DNA of 63,338 nucleotides, filler included, from Pirum gemmata (Eukaryota): NCBI GenBank assembly GCA_002812295.1. It is 26 parts of 26 records of this genome, joined end to end, with 100 filler letters (N's around TTAATTAATTAA, not from the genome) between each part and the next. Parts side by side here need not be neighbours in the genome. Positions count along the whole stretch, not along the records: positions 1 to 4,170 come from PDIN01007989.1; positions 4,271 to 6,459 come from PDIN01007991.1; positions 6,560 to 8,748 come from PDIN01007992.1; positions 8,849 to 11,008 come from PDIN01007993.1; positions 11,109 to 13,235 come from PDIN01007994.1; 21 more parts are not named here. One strand, 5' to 3'. Shown piece by piece: positions 1 to 11,170 of this stretch (position 1 is its first letter; each line of letters starts with the position of its first letter). The notes under the pieces were generated by a model. It saw only the letters and a program-made list of their open reading frames with translations, ran no database searches and was not told where the DNA came from. The position numbers and the translations under genes were made by a program.

Positions 1-175
1 TTATTATTATTATTATTATTGATTTTTAATATTAAAAATCAAATTTATAGTTAATTATTGTTTTTGTTTTTGTTTTTTGTTTTGTTTTGATCATGCCGAG
101 TTAAACTTACCCTTTTTGGTTTAAGTAATAATAATAATAACACACTAAAAAAAAGCAAAACAACTTACTTTCATT

Positions 176-1630
176 ATGCAAAGATTGTTTTGTAAAAATA
201 ATGATTTTGCCTTACTAAAATCATTCATAAATAGTAGCAATAAAAATGTCTCAAAAGATCAAATTATAACTTCAAGGTTATCAACTCATAACCATATGTT
301 AAAAATCAACAATAATAGCATAAGCACCACTACCACGGTTAGTAGAAATTTTAGGGCCCCTTATTGCAATATAACTAATAACAACAATAGCCTGAAATTT
401 AATTATACGTTACATAATAGTAATACTAATAATAGGATTTACAATAACAAGTTAAACAATGGTTCATTGTCAGTGTTTATAAATAGATCATTTTCCTCTT
501 CTGCCACTTTGTTGAAAAACAGATCATACCCTAGTAAAAACAAAAAAAACACTAAATCAAAACATCAACTAGAATACGAAGAATCGCGAAAACAAAAGAA
601 ATTGCAAGCTGAGGCAGAAAAAGCCCAACAAGAAAAACAACAAGAAGAAGATCAAAAACGAAAAATGAAAGCGGTTAGTGATGGAATTAAAAGAGATTTT
701 AATTTTAATTCTGAACATGGCAGTGAACAATCACCTTTGCCGTCTCTGTTGGCACGAGGCCCCGATATTCTGTTGATACTTACCGTTATTAGTGGTGCTT
801 ATTTTGTTTACAGCAACTTTTTTACAAAAACAGAGCTAATATCTACAAGCAAGGTTCTTGAAAATGAAAAATCATCAACTTCTTCAAAAGCTTTAAAGCT
901 TGGCGATGACGGGAGTGATTCGATGATTGGAAGTGAGTCTGCATGCGGGTCTAATGCAAAAGAGGAGGAATCTAAAGAAGAGGATTCTTCTTACATAACT
1001 ACTCAAGGTATAAACCCCTAACCATAACCCTAACATATAAACCACCCAGGTCTGTGTTGTTATTTTAATGTACGATGCCAGAACACCAATACGGTAGCCA
1101 CCACCACTATAACAACAGCAGTGACACTACTACTACTTCTGCGATTATTATTATTATTATTATTATTATTATCTAATAATACTACTATTGTCTACGACAA
1201 CCTAAACGAAAATACCAACAGCAGCACCAACAACATTAACACCAACAAACACTGTACAACAGCAACACTGACAACATTAACACCAACAAACAATGAACAA
1301 CAGCAGCACCGACAACATTAACCCCAACAAACAATGTACAATAAATTTTATTATAATAACCCATCATAATTTTAATATCCAGAGGAGGAAAGAAGTACTG
1401 ATTCATTGGATTCTGTTACTACAAATCAGCAAGATTCATTTAAAGTTGTTATTTCTAAATCGTTCTATCGGGTTTCCAATATCTGTGTTATTTCTTTTTA
1501 CATGATTCGTCGAGTTATATGGATGTATATTCTTGTTACCCCAATCCTGTTACTTTTTCCTATTGCTTATTTGCAAAGAAAAGCTTTTCCAAAAGTTAAA
1601 AATGCGCCACCAGGTGAACTATTGTTTTAA
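176..1630 (+). CDS. Two-exon gene (176-1007, 1383-1630), 359-aa probable mitochondrial membrane protein of unknown family
   Basis: A phase-1 intron 1008-1382 (CAAG|GTATAA...ATCCAG|AG) joins ORF 176 and ORF 1406 in frame. The N-terminus is basic and S/T/N-rich, ending in RSFSSSA (presequence-like). A coiled coil follows, then hydrophobic segments ILLILTVISGAYFVY and VIWMYILVTPILLLFPIAY. Confidence 0.7.
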
Positions 1631-1656
1631 AAACATAAATATTAACATAAATATAC

Positions 1657-1687
<31 letters not shown>

Positions 1688-1897
1688 ATTGTTGTTATTA
1701 TTGTTATTGTTATTGTTATTGTTGTTGTTGTTGTGGTTGTGGTTGTGGTTGTAGTTGTGGTTGTAGTTGTGGTTGTGGTTGTGGTTGTGGTTGTGGTTGT
1801 AGTTGTGGTTGTAGTTGTGGTTGTAGTTGAGGTTGTAGTTGTGGTTGTAGTTGTGGTTGTAGTTGTGGTTGTGGTTGTGGTTGTGGTTGTGGTTGTG
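1657..1897. repeat. (GTT)n / (GTRGTT)n microsatellite
   Basis: Seen directly; it explains the poly-V/poly-T/poly-L ORFs here. Confidence 0.95.
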
Positions 1898-1931
1898 ATT
1901 ATTAGCATAAATATATTATTGTTATTATTAN

Positions 1932-2135
1932 GAGAACCAACAAACAATTGAATATTAGAATCATCATTAACAATGTTTTGCGTTTGCTTTGTACCATTAC
2001 TATCGTAAAACACAATACTACTAATTTTATCAGCATCACATTTAAAATTATTGTTTTGTTGGTGTTGTCCATGATGTTTATCACCTAACCTTTGTATTAA
2101 AGGATCACTAATAATTTTTACAAAATGCTTATTAA
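1932..2135 (-). repeat. Partial duplicate of the 586-aa gene (copy of 2392-2595)
   Basis: Near-identical at offset 460, with one visible substitution (atgatgttt vs atgaagttt). It starts immediately after a single N. Confidence 0.9.
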
Positions 2136-2164
2136 TAACTATTATTATTATTATTATTATTTAA

Positions 2165-3925
2165 TTAAGGCATTGAATATATATAATGAACATAACCATC
2201 ATCCCTTACTACATTAATTTGTACTATTTCTTTGTTTTTATCAGAAATTTTGTTACCAGAAATTTTCTTATGCAACCAACCCAAATAAAATCGTTTATAA
2301 TTATAATGCCCTGGTGGGTGAGATACCACATCCTCTTCACCTTCACATTGAAAAACAAAACCTCCACTTCCAATTTTACTTGGAAGTATGGGAGAACCAA
2401 CAAACAATTGAATATTAGAATCATCATTAACAATGTTTTGCGTTTGCTTTGTACCATTACTATCGTAAAACACAATACTACTAATTTTATCAGCATCACA
2501 TTTAAAATTATTGTTTTGTTGGTGTTGTCCATGAAGTTTATCACCTAACCTTTGTATTAAAGGATCACTAATAATTTTTACAAAATGCTTATTAACTATT
2601 TTTAACATCGCCATTTGAGAAACAGTTCGAACAATATTGTTAATATTAGCTTCATTAATTCCAGCCACAGGTGTATTGGCACGAGTATGACGACGATAAT
2701 AAGCATCACTAACAGTTGTAACTTCACCACGTGCATCGCTATTTTCAATAATAATATAAGGTCTGTTTTCAACGGTATTATATAAAAATTGATAATTATA
2801 TAACTCTGCTACAATATTGGAAAATAAAACTGGTTGACCTAATCTTTCACTTAATTGTGATGTTATCAAAGGCTTAGTACCGAACTCTGCAAACAAGTTT
2901 TTAATCACTGGGGTCGCGAATTCTTGAAAAGTTAAATTCGGGTTTCTTTGTTTCTCTTTCTGAAACTCATGGGCTAAACTACCCATAAAAGTTGATAATA
3001 AAATCTCCTTGGGTATAAAGTCTGAAAACAAAAGGCTTATCAATTCCTTTTTTACAATGTTTTGCAAATAACTTACAATTGCTTTAGGTCGTATGCTTTC
3101 AATAATACCGTTAATCAATTCATTATATTCAAATTCTGGATTGGGTTTTAGCTTTTTCCATTGTGCTAATGTTTGAATAGTGTTAGTTGACGCTGTTCTT
3201 ATGGTATCCTTAAAGCTTTCGATGCTTAAGTTAACCTCGCCTTGGACAGCCTTAACCGATACTTTGCTAACCATAAACACAGTAGCCGTTAACATGGCAA
3301 TATCGGATAATTCTCGCCCGAAAACTTTAAAGTTATTCATATGATTAAAAATTTCAGTAGGAATATAGATATTATTACCTTTGTAATTTAATACTTGTTT
3401 ACTAAGGGTTTCTGGGGTTTGACTTAAAATTAACTTGAAATTTTCAACGTTTTTAAATCCAAATTGTTGTTGTGCAGTGATTAACAATTCTTGTTTTTCA
3501 GTTTCATTTAATTTTCCACTTGATGCAATCGAGAAGAATTTGGCTAATTCTAATTTGGAATGGTTTGTTAATAATGTGTTTGTAGTATGTTTATTTACTA
3601 ACCAATGAATTCGAAATGAATCATAAACTACACTTACATCAACATATTTGTCAGTGGTAGAATTGTAATTGTAATGGTCTTTTTGTAAATCATAATAACG
3701 TTCATGATTAGAATCTCCACATTTCCACTTAATGTATTGATTTTGAGATGGCTTTACTTTGGAAATTGTAACCATACCGTTTCGGATAATAATTGGGTTC
3801 CAATTTTCTCCATCGTGAACTTGGAGGTTTTGATTATTATCACATCTGTCAAAACTAATTGATTGTACAACTACACTACCAATTATTAATACTAAACTAG
3901 TTATTAAAATCTGAAAAACAAACAT
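2165..3925 (-). CDS. Intronless secreted protein, 586 aa, unknown family
   Basis: Long complex ORF from ATG to TAA, with a hydrophobic signal peptide (MFVFQILITSLVLIIGSVVVQS). Cys-containing terminal domains flank a helical-looking core. Confidence 0.88.
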   Translation of the reverse strand: MFVFQILITSLVLIIGSVVVQSISFDRCDNNQNLQVHDGENWNPIIIRNGMVTISKVKPSQNQYIKWKCGDSNHERYYDLQKDHYNYNSTTDKYVDVSVVYDSFRIHWLVNKHTTNTLLTNHSKLELAKFFSIASSGKLNETEKQELLITAQQQFGFKNVENFKLILSQTPETLSKQVLNYKGNNIYIPTEIFNHMNNFKVFGRELSDIAMLTATVFMVSKVSVKAVQGEVNLSIESFKDTIRTASTNTIQTLAQWKKLKPNPEFEYNELINGIIESIRPKAIVSYLQNIVKKELISLLFSDFIPKEILLSTFMGSLAHEFQKEKQRNPNLTFQEFATPVIKNLFAEFGTKPLITSQLSERLGQPVLFSNIVAELYNYQFLYNTVENRPYIIIENSDARGEVTTVSDAYYRRHTRANTPVAGINEANINNIVRTVSQMAMLKIVNKHFVKIISDPLIQRLGDKLHGQHQQNNNFKCDADKISSIVFYDSNGTKQTQNIVNDDSNIQLFVGSPILPSKIGSGGFVFQCEGEEDVVSHPPGHYNYKRFYLGWLHKKISGNKISDKNKEIVQINVVRDDGYVHYIYSMP

Positions 3926-4069
3926 GTTTTCTGTTATTATTATTATTGTTATTATATTATATTATTATTATTATGAATTATTATTATTATTACTATTATC
4001 AATATTATTAATACAATAATATTAATAATATTAATATTAATTATTAATATTATTATTATTATTATTTAA

Positions 4070-4170
4070 TTAATTAAGGCATTGAATATATATAATGAAC
4101 ATAACCATCATCCCTTACTACATTAATTTGTACTATTTCTTTGTTTTTATCAGAAATTTTGTTACCAGAA
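4070..4170 (-). repeat. 3' end of a second copy of the 586-aa gene
   Basis: Identical to 2161-2261 (offset 1909) and truncated by the contig end. Confidence 0.85.
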
Positions 4171-4270
4171 NNNNNNNNNNNNNNNNNNNNNNNNNNNNNN
4201 NNNNNNNNNNNNNNTTAATTAATTAANNNNNNNNNNNNNNNNNNNNNNNNNNNNNNNNNNNNNNNNNNNN
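4171..4270. other. Artificial contig-joining linker (first of 25)
   Basis: N44-TTAATTAATTAA-N44, which has stops in all six frames. It recurs at about 6460, 8749, 11009, 13236, 15524, 17763, 20003, 22271, 24558, 26816, 29103, 31855, 34123, 36385, 38642, 40895, 43120, 45351, 47618, 49881, 52167, 54385, 56671 and 58946. Intervening contigs are of near-equal length, as in a size-sorted concatenation. Confidence 0.97.
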
Positions 4271-4323
4271 AATAATAATAAATAAATAAAATAAATAAAT
4301 AACAATATATGTGAAAAACTTAC

Positions 4324-4626
4324 CATTTTTTTCAATTTATTACGAACTTTATTCGCTGTTGCATTTAAATCAGAGTTTAAATTATCTAATTCTTGATTAT
4401 TTTTATTGCCTTGTGATTCACTTACGGCAGATAGTTTTTGAGAATGTTTTTCAGATATCTTTTCAGTATCATCTTTGATTTTATCAACATTTTGTCGCAC
4501 CTCGTCCAATTCATTCAAAAATTGTTCCACGTGTTGTGTATCTTCCATATCTATTGCTCCTAAATCCGGACCCGTCCTGGCATCCGGATTAATATTTTGC
4601 ATCTCTGATAATCTATCTCGCCCCAT
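4324..4626 (-). CDS. STX1: Syntaxin-1/Sso-type Qa-SNARE, first exon (N-peptide and Ha/Hb helices)
   Basis: MGRDRL N-peptide. FLNELDEVRQNVDKIKDDTEKISEKHS...ELDNLNSDLNATANKVRNKLK parallels syntaxin-1 Habc. Donor ATG|GTAAGT at 4323. Confidence 0.9.
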
Positions 4627-4642
4627 TTTTACTTATTTATTG

Positions 4643-4682
<40 letters not shown>

Positions 4683-6819
4683 TTGTTTTTTCTAAAAAAG
4701 GATTTGGGGTTTGAACTCCTGAGAATGTTGTTACGCTTATTTCTTACTGTTTTTATTATTTTAGTTCTTGTGTAGAGCAAGATTAAAGATCAATGATTCA
4801 AAAAAGAAAATAAAAAATTGTACAACTCAAATCTGAAAATAATATATTACTAATGATAATGATAGAAGTAATACTTATTAAAAGAAGTTCTAAAAAAGTT
4901 ACTTTGAAATTATGAAGATGCAATTTTTAATCATACGATAATGAATTTTGTCATATTCCTATGATATGTTCATTTGTATTGCTGATAATGTATTAATTAA
5001 TTAATTAAACTGTACTTCTATAATAATAATAACTGTACTTAAAATAAGAATAGAGGCAGATTTACTTTTCTATTATACTACTAGGTACTATTAGACAAGT
5101 CTACACTTTTTTTTTATTTATGTAGTTTTCGCAAATCGTTCTCAGTACCGATGTCATGTATACCTTTTTATTCTATAATAATATATATTATGATATCATA
5201 GCCTGTCATAGTCTATCATAATTATTATCAATATCATAATAATATTATCGATATATACTATATCATAATCGTACCAGTAGTCCAGTAAAAAAAAGGCCTA
5301 TATACAAGAGATGAGTACACTAGTAGATACTAGCTAGCTAGCTAGTAGCTAGCTGAGTACTCAGAGTACAAGAAGTGTACAAGAGGTACAAGAGGGTAGT
5401 TACAAATTGTCGATATATGATAAAAGCACTATATATAGTACTACTAAATCCAAAAACAAAAAAAAAAGCTAAAACAAATTATATTGTTACTAAATTTAGA
5501 GATATTAAATAAGATATTAAATACTTGTTCCTAATAGTTTCCTAATCCTAAGTTCTTAATAACCCTCTAGCTACTAGCTATGATATTATAGATTATTATG
5601 TAGACTATCAGCTAGCTAGCTATCAGGTATCATAATAATATGATATGATATTTATGATATGTATCTGATATCGATAGTAGAACCCTAACCCTAACCAAGG
5701 ACTTGAAGTCTTTCCCTAACCCTAAAACACTCCTAAAACTAAATTCCTAACCCCCTTCTGACGACACTCTGACGACTAAAACACCCCAAAAGGTCCAGAC
5801 TCCCTACCATCATACTAGCTAGCTAGTAGTAGAGTCCAGACTCCAAACTAAAGGGCCTAAAGGCTCAAAAGGGCCTAAAAAAAAAAAAAAAAACCCCCTA
5901 CTCTAGCTAGATGATGATGATAGTATGATGATACACTAAACTAAGGACTTCAATGACTCTCAAACTACAGCAGAAATACCCAGAAAAATTACTTTCCAAC
6001 AGAGGGCAAATTAACTCGATTTGAAATTTTAAAAGAAAATCTTCATCATTAATTCTTATTTATTTGAAAAATATTTTTTTCGAAAATATTATATACCGTG
6101 ACGTTACTTTTCCTTATAATTTCCTTTTTATGATGCTTTGATGTATTTCTTATGATAATATTATATCAAGGACTTTTGAATTTGAACTTTTGAAGTCCTT
6201 GGATATATCATAACAAATAATCAAGGAGTTCAAATTTGGAAAATCTATAATAATAATAATAATTATTATTATAATCATCACCATTCATTATAGATCTCCA
6301 TTATCATAAAAAATATATATATTATCATTATTATCATTATTATCATTATTATCATTATTATCATTATTATCATTATTATCATTATTATTATTATTATCAC
6401 TATTATCATCATTGCTTAGTTATTAAAGGTGTATATATGTGTTAAAGAAATCACATCAANNNNNNNNNNNNNNNNNNNNNNNNNNNNNNNNNNNNNNNNN
6501 NNNTTAATTAATTAANNNNNNNNNNNNNNNNNNNNNNNNNNNNNNNNNNNNNNNNNNNNCGCGAATATAACCCTAACCCGAACCCTAACCCTAACCCTAA
6601 CCCCTAACCCTAACCCTAACCCCTAACCCTAACACCAACCCAAATATATATGTGTACAGGGAAAAGTTATAATTACTGTGGAAGGTGATTATGATGTGAA
6701 GGTTTGTCTTGAGAAACTGAAAAAAAATATTGGTAGACATTGTGATATATAGTAAAAAGTAAAATTTGAATTCAAATATCAATAAAACCACCCAAATATT
6801 AACAACAGCAGCAACAACA

Positions 6820-7522
6820 TTTTTGGGTATTTAATGAATAAATTTGTACAAGCTATGTATAAGCATTTACTTCAAAATATATAATGATAACAATATATAA
6901 CGAAAATTTGAATAATATAATAAGAAAATACATAGGCTCATATTTGGGTATTTAATGAACAATTTCTACTAAGCATTTACTTATAAATATGTAATGATAT
7001 CAATATACAAAAAGACAAATTTCTAGTGATAACGAAAATTTGAATATGTTAAGAAAAGACATAAGCTCATTTTTTGGTATTTATTTAATAAATTTGTACT
7101 AGCTATGTATAAGCATTTACTTAAAAGTGTATATTGATACTAATATACAAAAAGACAAATTTCAAGTTATAACGAAAATTTGAAAAAATATATGAAGAAA
7201 ATGCATAGGCTCATATTTGGGTATTTAATGAACACATTTGTACTAAGCATTTACTTATAAATATATAATGATATTAATATACAAAAAGACAAATTTCTAT
7301 TGTTAACGAAAATTTGAATAATACGTTAAGAAAATACATAGGCACATTTTTGGATATTTAATGAACAAATTGCTACTATCTATGCCTAAGCATTTACTTA
7401 TAAATATATAATGATACTAATATACAAATTTAAAGTTATCATATAACAAAAGTTTGAATGGTACATTAAAAGATAAATATAATAACTCATATTTGAGTAT
7501 TTAATGAACAAATTTGTACTAG
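6820..7522. repeat. Degenerate tandem repeat, about 125-130-bp unit, about 5.5 copies
   Basis: Recurring tttgggtatttaatgaacaaatttgtacta...aagcatttactt...aacgaaaatttgaa. The unit resumes after the MITE at 7716. Confidence 0.9.
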
Positions 7523-7715
7523 GGGGATGCGGGAAAAACCATCAAAATTTTCGATTTAATTTTAATTTTGATTTCATCAAAAAATTCTTAAAAATTCTTA
7601 GAAATTTCATAAAAAAAACTTAAACGAAAAAAAAAAAAGAATATCATTTCAAAATTCTCACTATTTAATAATTAGGATCGGGCTGTTTGATTCAATTATG
7701 TTTTCCTGTATCTCC
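7523..7715. mobile_element. MITE family A (PIF/Harbinger-like), internally deleted copy
   Basis: TIR GGRGATGCGGGAAAA...TTTTCCYGYATCTCC with a 3-bp TSD TAG/TAG. The empty site gtacTAGctatg is present in a neighbouring tandem unit (about 7096-7107). Confidence 0.88.
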
Positions 7716-8465
7716 TAGCTATGCCCAATCATTTACTTCAAAATGTACAATGATACTCCTTCTGCTATGACTTGGCAATCCAATAAAATCCCTTTATTTT
7801 TCAGTTATACCCATATGTGTGTATTTAATTAATACCATATTTGGGTATTTAATGCACATATTTGTACTAAATGGCGTAAACACTTACTTTATTTACGTCA
7901 CATAATTCTAGTCAAGAAATAAAACAAAAAACTTTTTATAAACGGTTAAAAACTTTTTAAATAAAAATGGACCCTGATCCCAACCCCAACCTTGGCCTTA
8001 TCCCTAGCCCAACCCCAACCCCAACCCCAACCCCTAACCTAGATAAATTAATAAGTGTCATAGTAGTGTCATAGTTCTATTTAACTTTTGAAATGTTATC
8101 AAAACATATTCAAAATACTAATATGAACAAAAGTGAATACATACGTGTTACTAACCCTTATTGTTGTAATCTGGTCGATGTAGCCAAGTTTAACCATTTT
8201 GCTGTGTACTTTAAACTTAATTATTATGAGGAAAATGAATAATAAAAGAATAATACATGTACACTAACGCTAAAATGCATTATATTACATTATCATTATA
8301 ACTATTAATAAATCAATAAACAGTAAAATAATAGTAATCTTATATCGATATTATAAAACAATTATAGTATTTTCTATTGCTGTTCTAGTGATGTAATTAT
8401 TAATAATATTAATATTATTTATTTCTTACTATTATTATTATTATTACTGTTATTAATAATATATT

Positions 8466-8648
8466 CTAATTTTTGATTTTACTATTATTACTATTACTAT
8501 TATTATTATTATCAATAGTATTAATGATATTTGTGAGTTTTTTTGCGGGGTTTTTTTTTGGAAATTTATCAAAACCTTTCTTTCCACGTCCTATTGTTTC
8601 TAAACAACTGTCGATCCGGTCACAACATTCTATTCGTTTTTCTTTCAC
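8466..8648 (-). CDS. Probable terminal exon of an unidentified gene
   Basis: Acceptor (CCCTAA)n...CTGTAG|GTG, then an open frame VKEKRIECCDRIDSCLETIGRGKKGFDKFPKKN... to a stop. Confidence 0.55.
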   Translation of the reverse strand: MKEKRIECCDRIDSCLETIGRGKKGFDKFPKKNPAKKLTNIINTIDNNNNSNSNNSKIKN

Positions 8649-8653
8649 CTACA

Positions 8654-8748
8654 GGGTTAGGGTTAGGGTTAGGGTCAAGGTTATAGGGTTAGGGTTAGGG
8701 TTAGGGTTAGGGTTAGGGTTAGGGTTAGGGTTAGGGTTATAAGGTTAG
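8654..8748. repeat. Telomere-like (TTAGGG)n array, intronic
   Basis: Seen directly; it abuts the splice acceptor of the 8466-8648 exon. Confidence 0.9.
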
Positions 8749-8901
8749 NNNNNNNNNNNNNNNNNNNNNNNNNNNNNNNNNNNNNNNNNNNNTTAATTAA
8801 TTAANNNNNNNNNNNNNNNNNNNNNNNNNNNNNNNNNNNNNNNNNNNNTATTATTATTATTATTATTATTATTATTGTTTTTGTTATTATTATTATTTAT
8901 C

Positions 8902-8948
<47 letters not shown>

Positions 8949-8983
8949 TAATTATATAATTATAATATATATAATCTATATAG

Positions 8984-9241
8984 AACTTAACAACAAAAAC
9001 AGATGTTCTAAAAATAAACCACGACAGTCAAATATTATTAATGGCTAGTAGTACACAACGAGATCATTTGAAAATGTTACATTTAGGATCTATGTCTGTA
9101 TTCCAAAACTGGCCAACAAAAGCGACACCTTTACGTTATGTTCATTCTGCTGATTTTTCCCCAAACAGTGGTTATTTAACTGTTGCTAATGATAGAGGTC
9201 ATGCTTTATTGTATCGTTTAAATCATTATACTATTAGTTAG
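8984..9241 (+). CDS. UTP18: U3 snoRNA-associated WD40 protein UTP18, last exon
   Basis: Acceptor TAG|AAC. NLTTKTDVLKINHDSQILLMASS...LHLGSMSVFQNWPT...DFSPNSGYLTVANDRGHALLYRLNHY matches the characteristic Utp18 C-terminus. Confidence 0.93.
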   Translation, partial: NLTTKTDVLKINHDSQILLMASSTQRDHLKMLHLGSMSVFQNWPTKATPLRYVHSADFSPNSGYLTVANDRGHALLYRLNHYTIS

Positions 9242-9297
9242 TTTAGTTAGTTTATTGTTGTTGTTTGTTGACTGTTGTTTGTTGTTTGGTTATTTGT

Positions 9298-10090
9298 CTG
9301 TTGCTAATGATAGAGGTCATGCTTTATTATATTGTTTAAATCATTATACTATTAGTTAGTTAAGTTAGTTTATTGTTTTTTGTTTTTTGTTTTTTGTTTT
9401 TTGTTGTTTGTTGTTTGTTGTTTGTTGTTTGTTGTTGTTGTGTGGTTATTTGTCTGTTGCTAATGATAGAGGTTATGCTTTATTATATCGTTTAAATCAT
9501 TATACTATTAGTTAGTTTAGTTAGTTTATTGTTGTCTTTGTTTGTTGTTGTTTGTTGTTGTTTGTTGTTGTTATTATTATTAGTATTAGTATTAGTAATA
9601 GTAATAGTAATAGTATTATTATTATTAATTAGTATTATTATTGGTTAATATTAGTATTAGTATTAGTATTAGTATTAGTATTAGTATTAGTATTAGTATT
9701 AGTATTAGTATTAGTATTAGTATTAGTATTAGTATTAGTATTAGTTTGGTATTAGTATTAGTATTATTCTTGTTTGAATCAGAAATCTGAAATGAGCTTG
9801 TCCGAATACTGTTATGTGTATTGTGATTTTCTTTTATTTTGTCACTCTTGAATATTTATTTGGTGGGTTGTAAACTTTAAATTGTCATTTTTTAAAATGA
9901 TTAAACAGATAATAAAATATACCAAATTAATTTAAATGGATTTGTGTTATATTAATTTGGCACTCTTTATTATATATTTTATAATGACATAAACTGAAAA
10001 GCACTTGTACTTTTTATTTAGTTTTTATGCTTTATTATATCGTTTAAATCATTATACTATTAGTTAGTTTAGTTAGTTTATTGTTGTCTT
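9298..10090 (+). repeat. Three downstream copies of the UTP18 CDS end, stop and proximal 3'UTR
   Basis: Copies of about 9180-9255 start at 9298, 9454 and (shorter) 10027. Confidence 0.9.
9823..10004. mobile_element. MITE family C copy
   Basis: About 180 bp, from gtgattttc..ttttgtcac to gacataaactgaaaagcac. Related copies lie at about 10392-10580, 10646-11008, 33001-33181, 36005-36216, 41638-41710 and 42934-43083. Confidence 0.75.
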
Positions 10091-11108
10091 TGTTTGTTGT
10101 TTTTTTGTTGTTGTTTATTGTTGTTATTATTATTAGTATTAGTATTAGTAATAGTAATAGTAATAGTATTATTATTATTAATTAGTATTATTATTGGTTA
10201 ATATTAGTATTAGTATTAGTATTAGTATTAGTATTAGTATTAGTATTAGTATTAGTATTAGTATTAGTATTAGTATTAGTATTAGTATTNATATTAATAT
10301 TAGTATTGGTATTAGTATTAGTATTAGTATTAGTAATAGTATTAGTATTGGAATTAGTATTGTAATTAGTATTAGAATTGTAATTAGTATTGTACTTTTT
10401 ATTTAGTTTGCCACTCTGAATATTTATATTTATTTGGTGGGTTATAACCTTTAAATCGTCATTTTTTAAAATGAATAAATAGATAATAAAACATACCAAA
10501 TTCAATTAAATGGATTTGTATTGTATTAATTTGGTACTCTTTATTGTAAATTTCACGATATGTCACAAACAACTAAAAACATATGAGAACTACAAAACAA
10601 TCTCATGCTAAAAACTATTTGTACTTTATATATATATATATATATATTGTCACTCTGAATATTTATTTGGTGAGTTATAACTTTAAATTGACATTTTGAA
10701 AATAAATAAATAAATAATAAAACATACCAAATTAAATAAAATGGATTTATATTGTATTAATTTGGTACTTTATGATGACTGATTATATTATTATTTCTTG
10801 TTGGGGGGGGCGAGTTTTGCGCCTTGTTGTGCGCCTTCGCAAAGGTGTTTGTTGGGGTAAAACTGAGTAGTCTATTGGTGAGAACCTTTAAATTGACATT
10901 TTTAAAATAAATAAATAAATAATAAAAAATACCAAATTAAATATTTATTTGGTGAGTTATAACTTTAAATTGACATTTTGAAAATAAATAAATAAATAAT
11001 AAAACATANNNNNNNNNNNNNNNNNNNNNNNNNNNNNNNNNNNNNNNNNNNNTTAATTAATTAANNNNNNNNNNNNNNNNNNNNNNNNNNNNNNNNNNNN
11101 NNNNNNNN

Positions 11109-11139
<31 letters not shown>

Positions 11140-11170
11140 TAATTATTAAATATATATATATGTAAAATAG

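Noticed and set aside
2186..2548. Overlapping or antisense ORFs here and at 4475, 20840, 34448, 34691, 39619, 43405, 44636 and 44667
   Set aside because: They are shadows of better-supported CDSs on another frame or strand.
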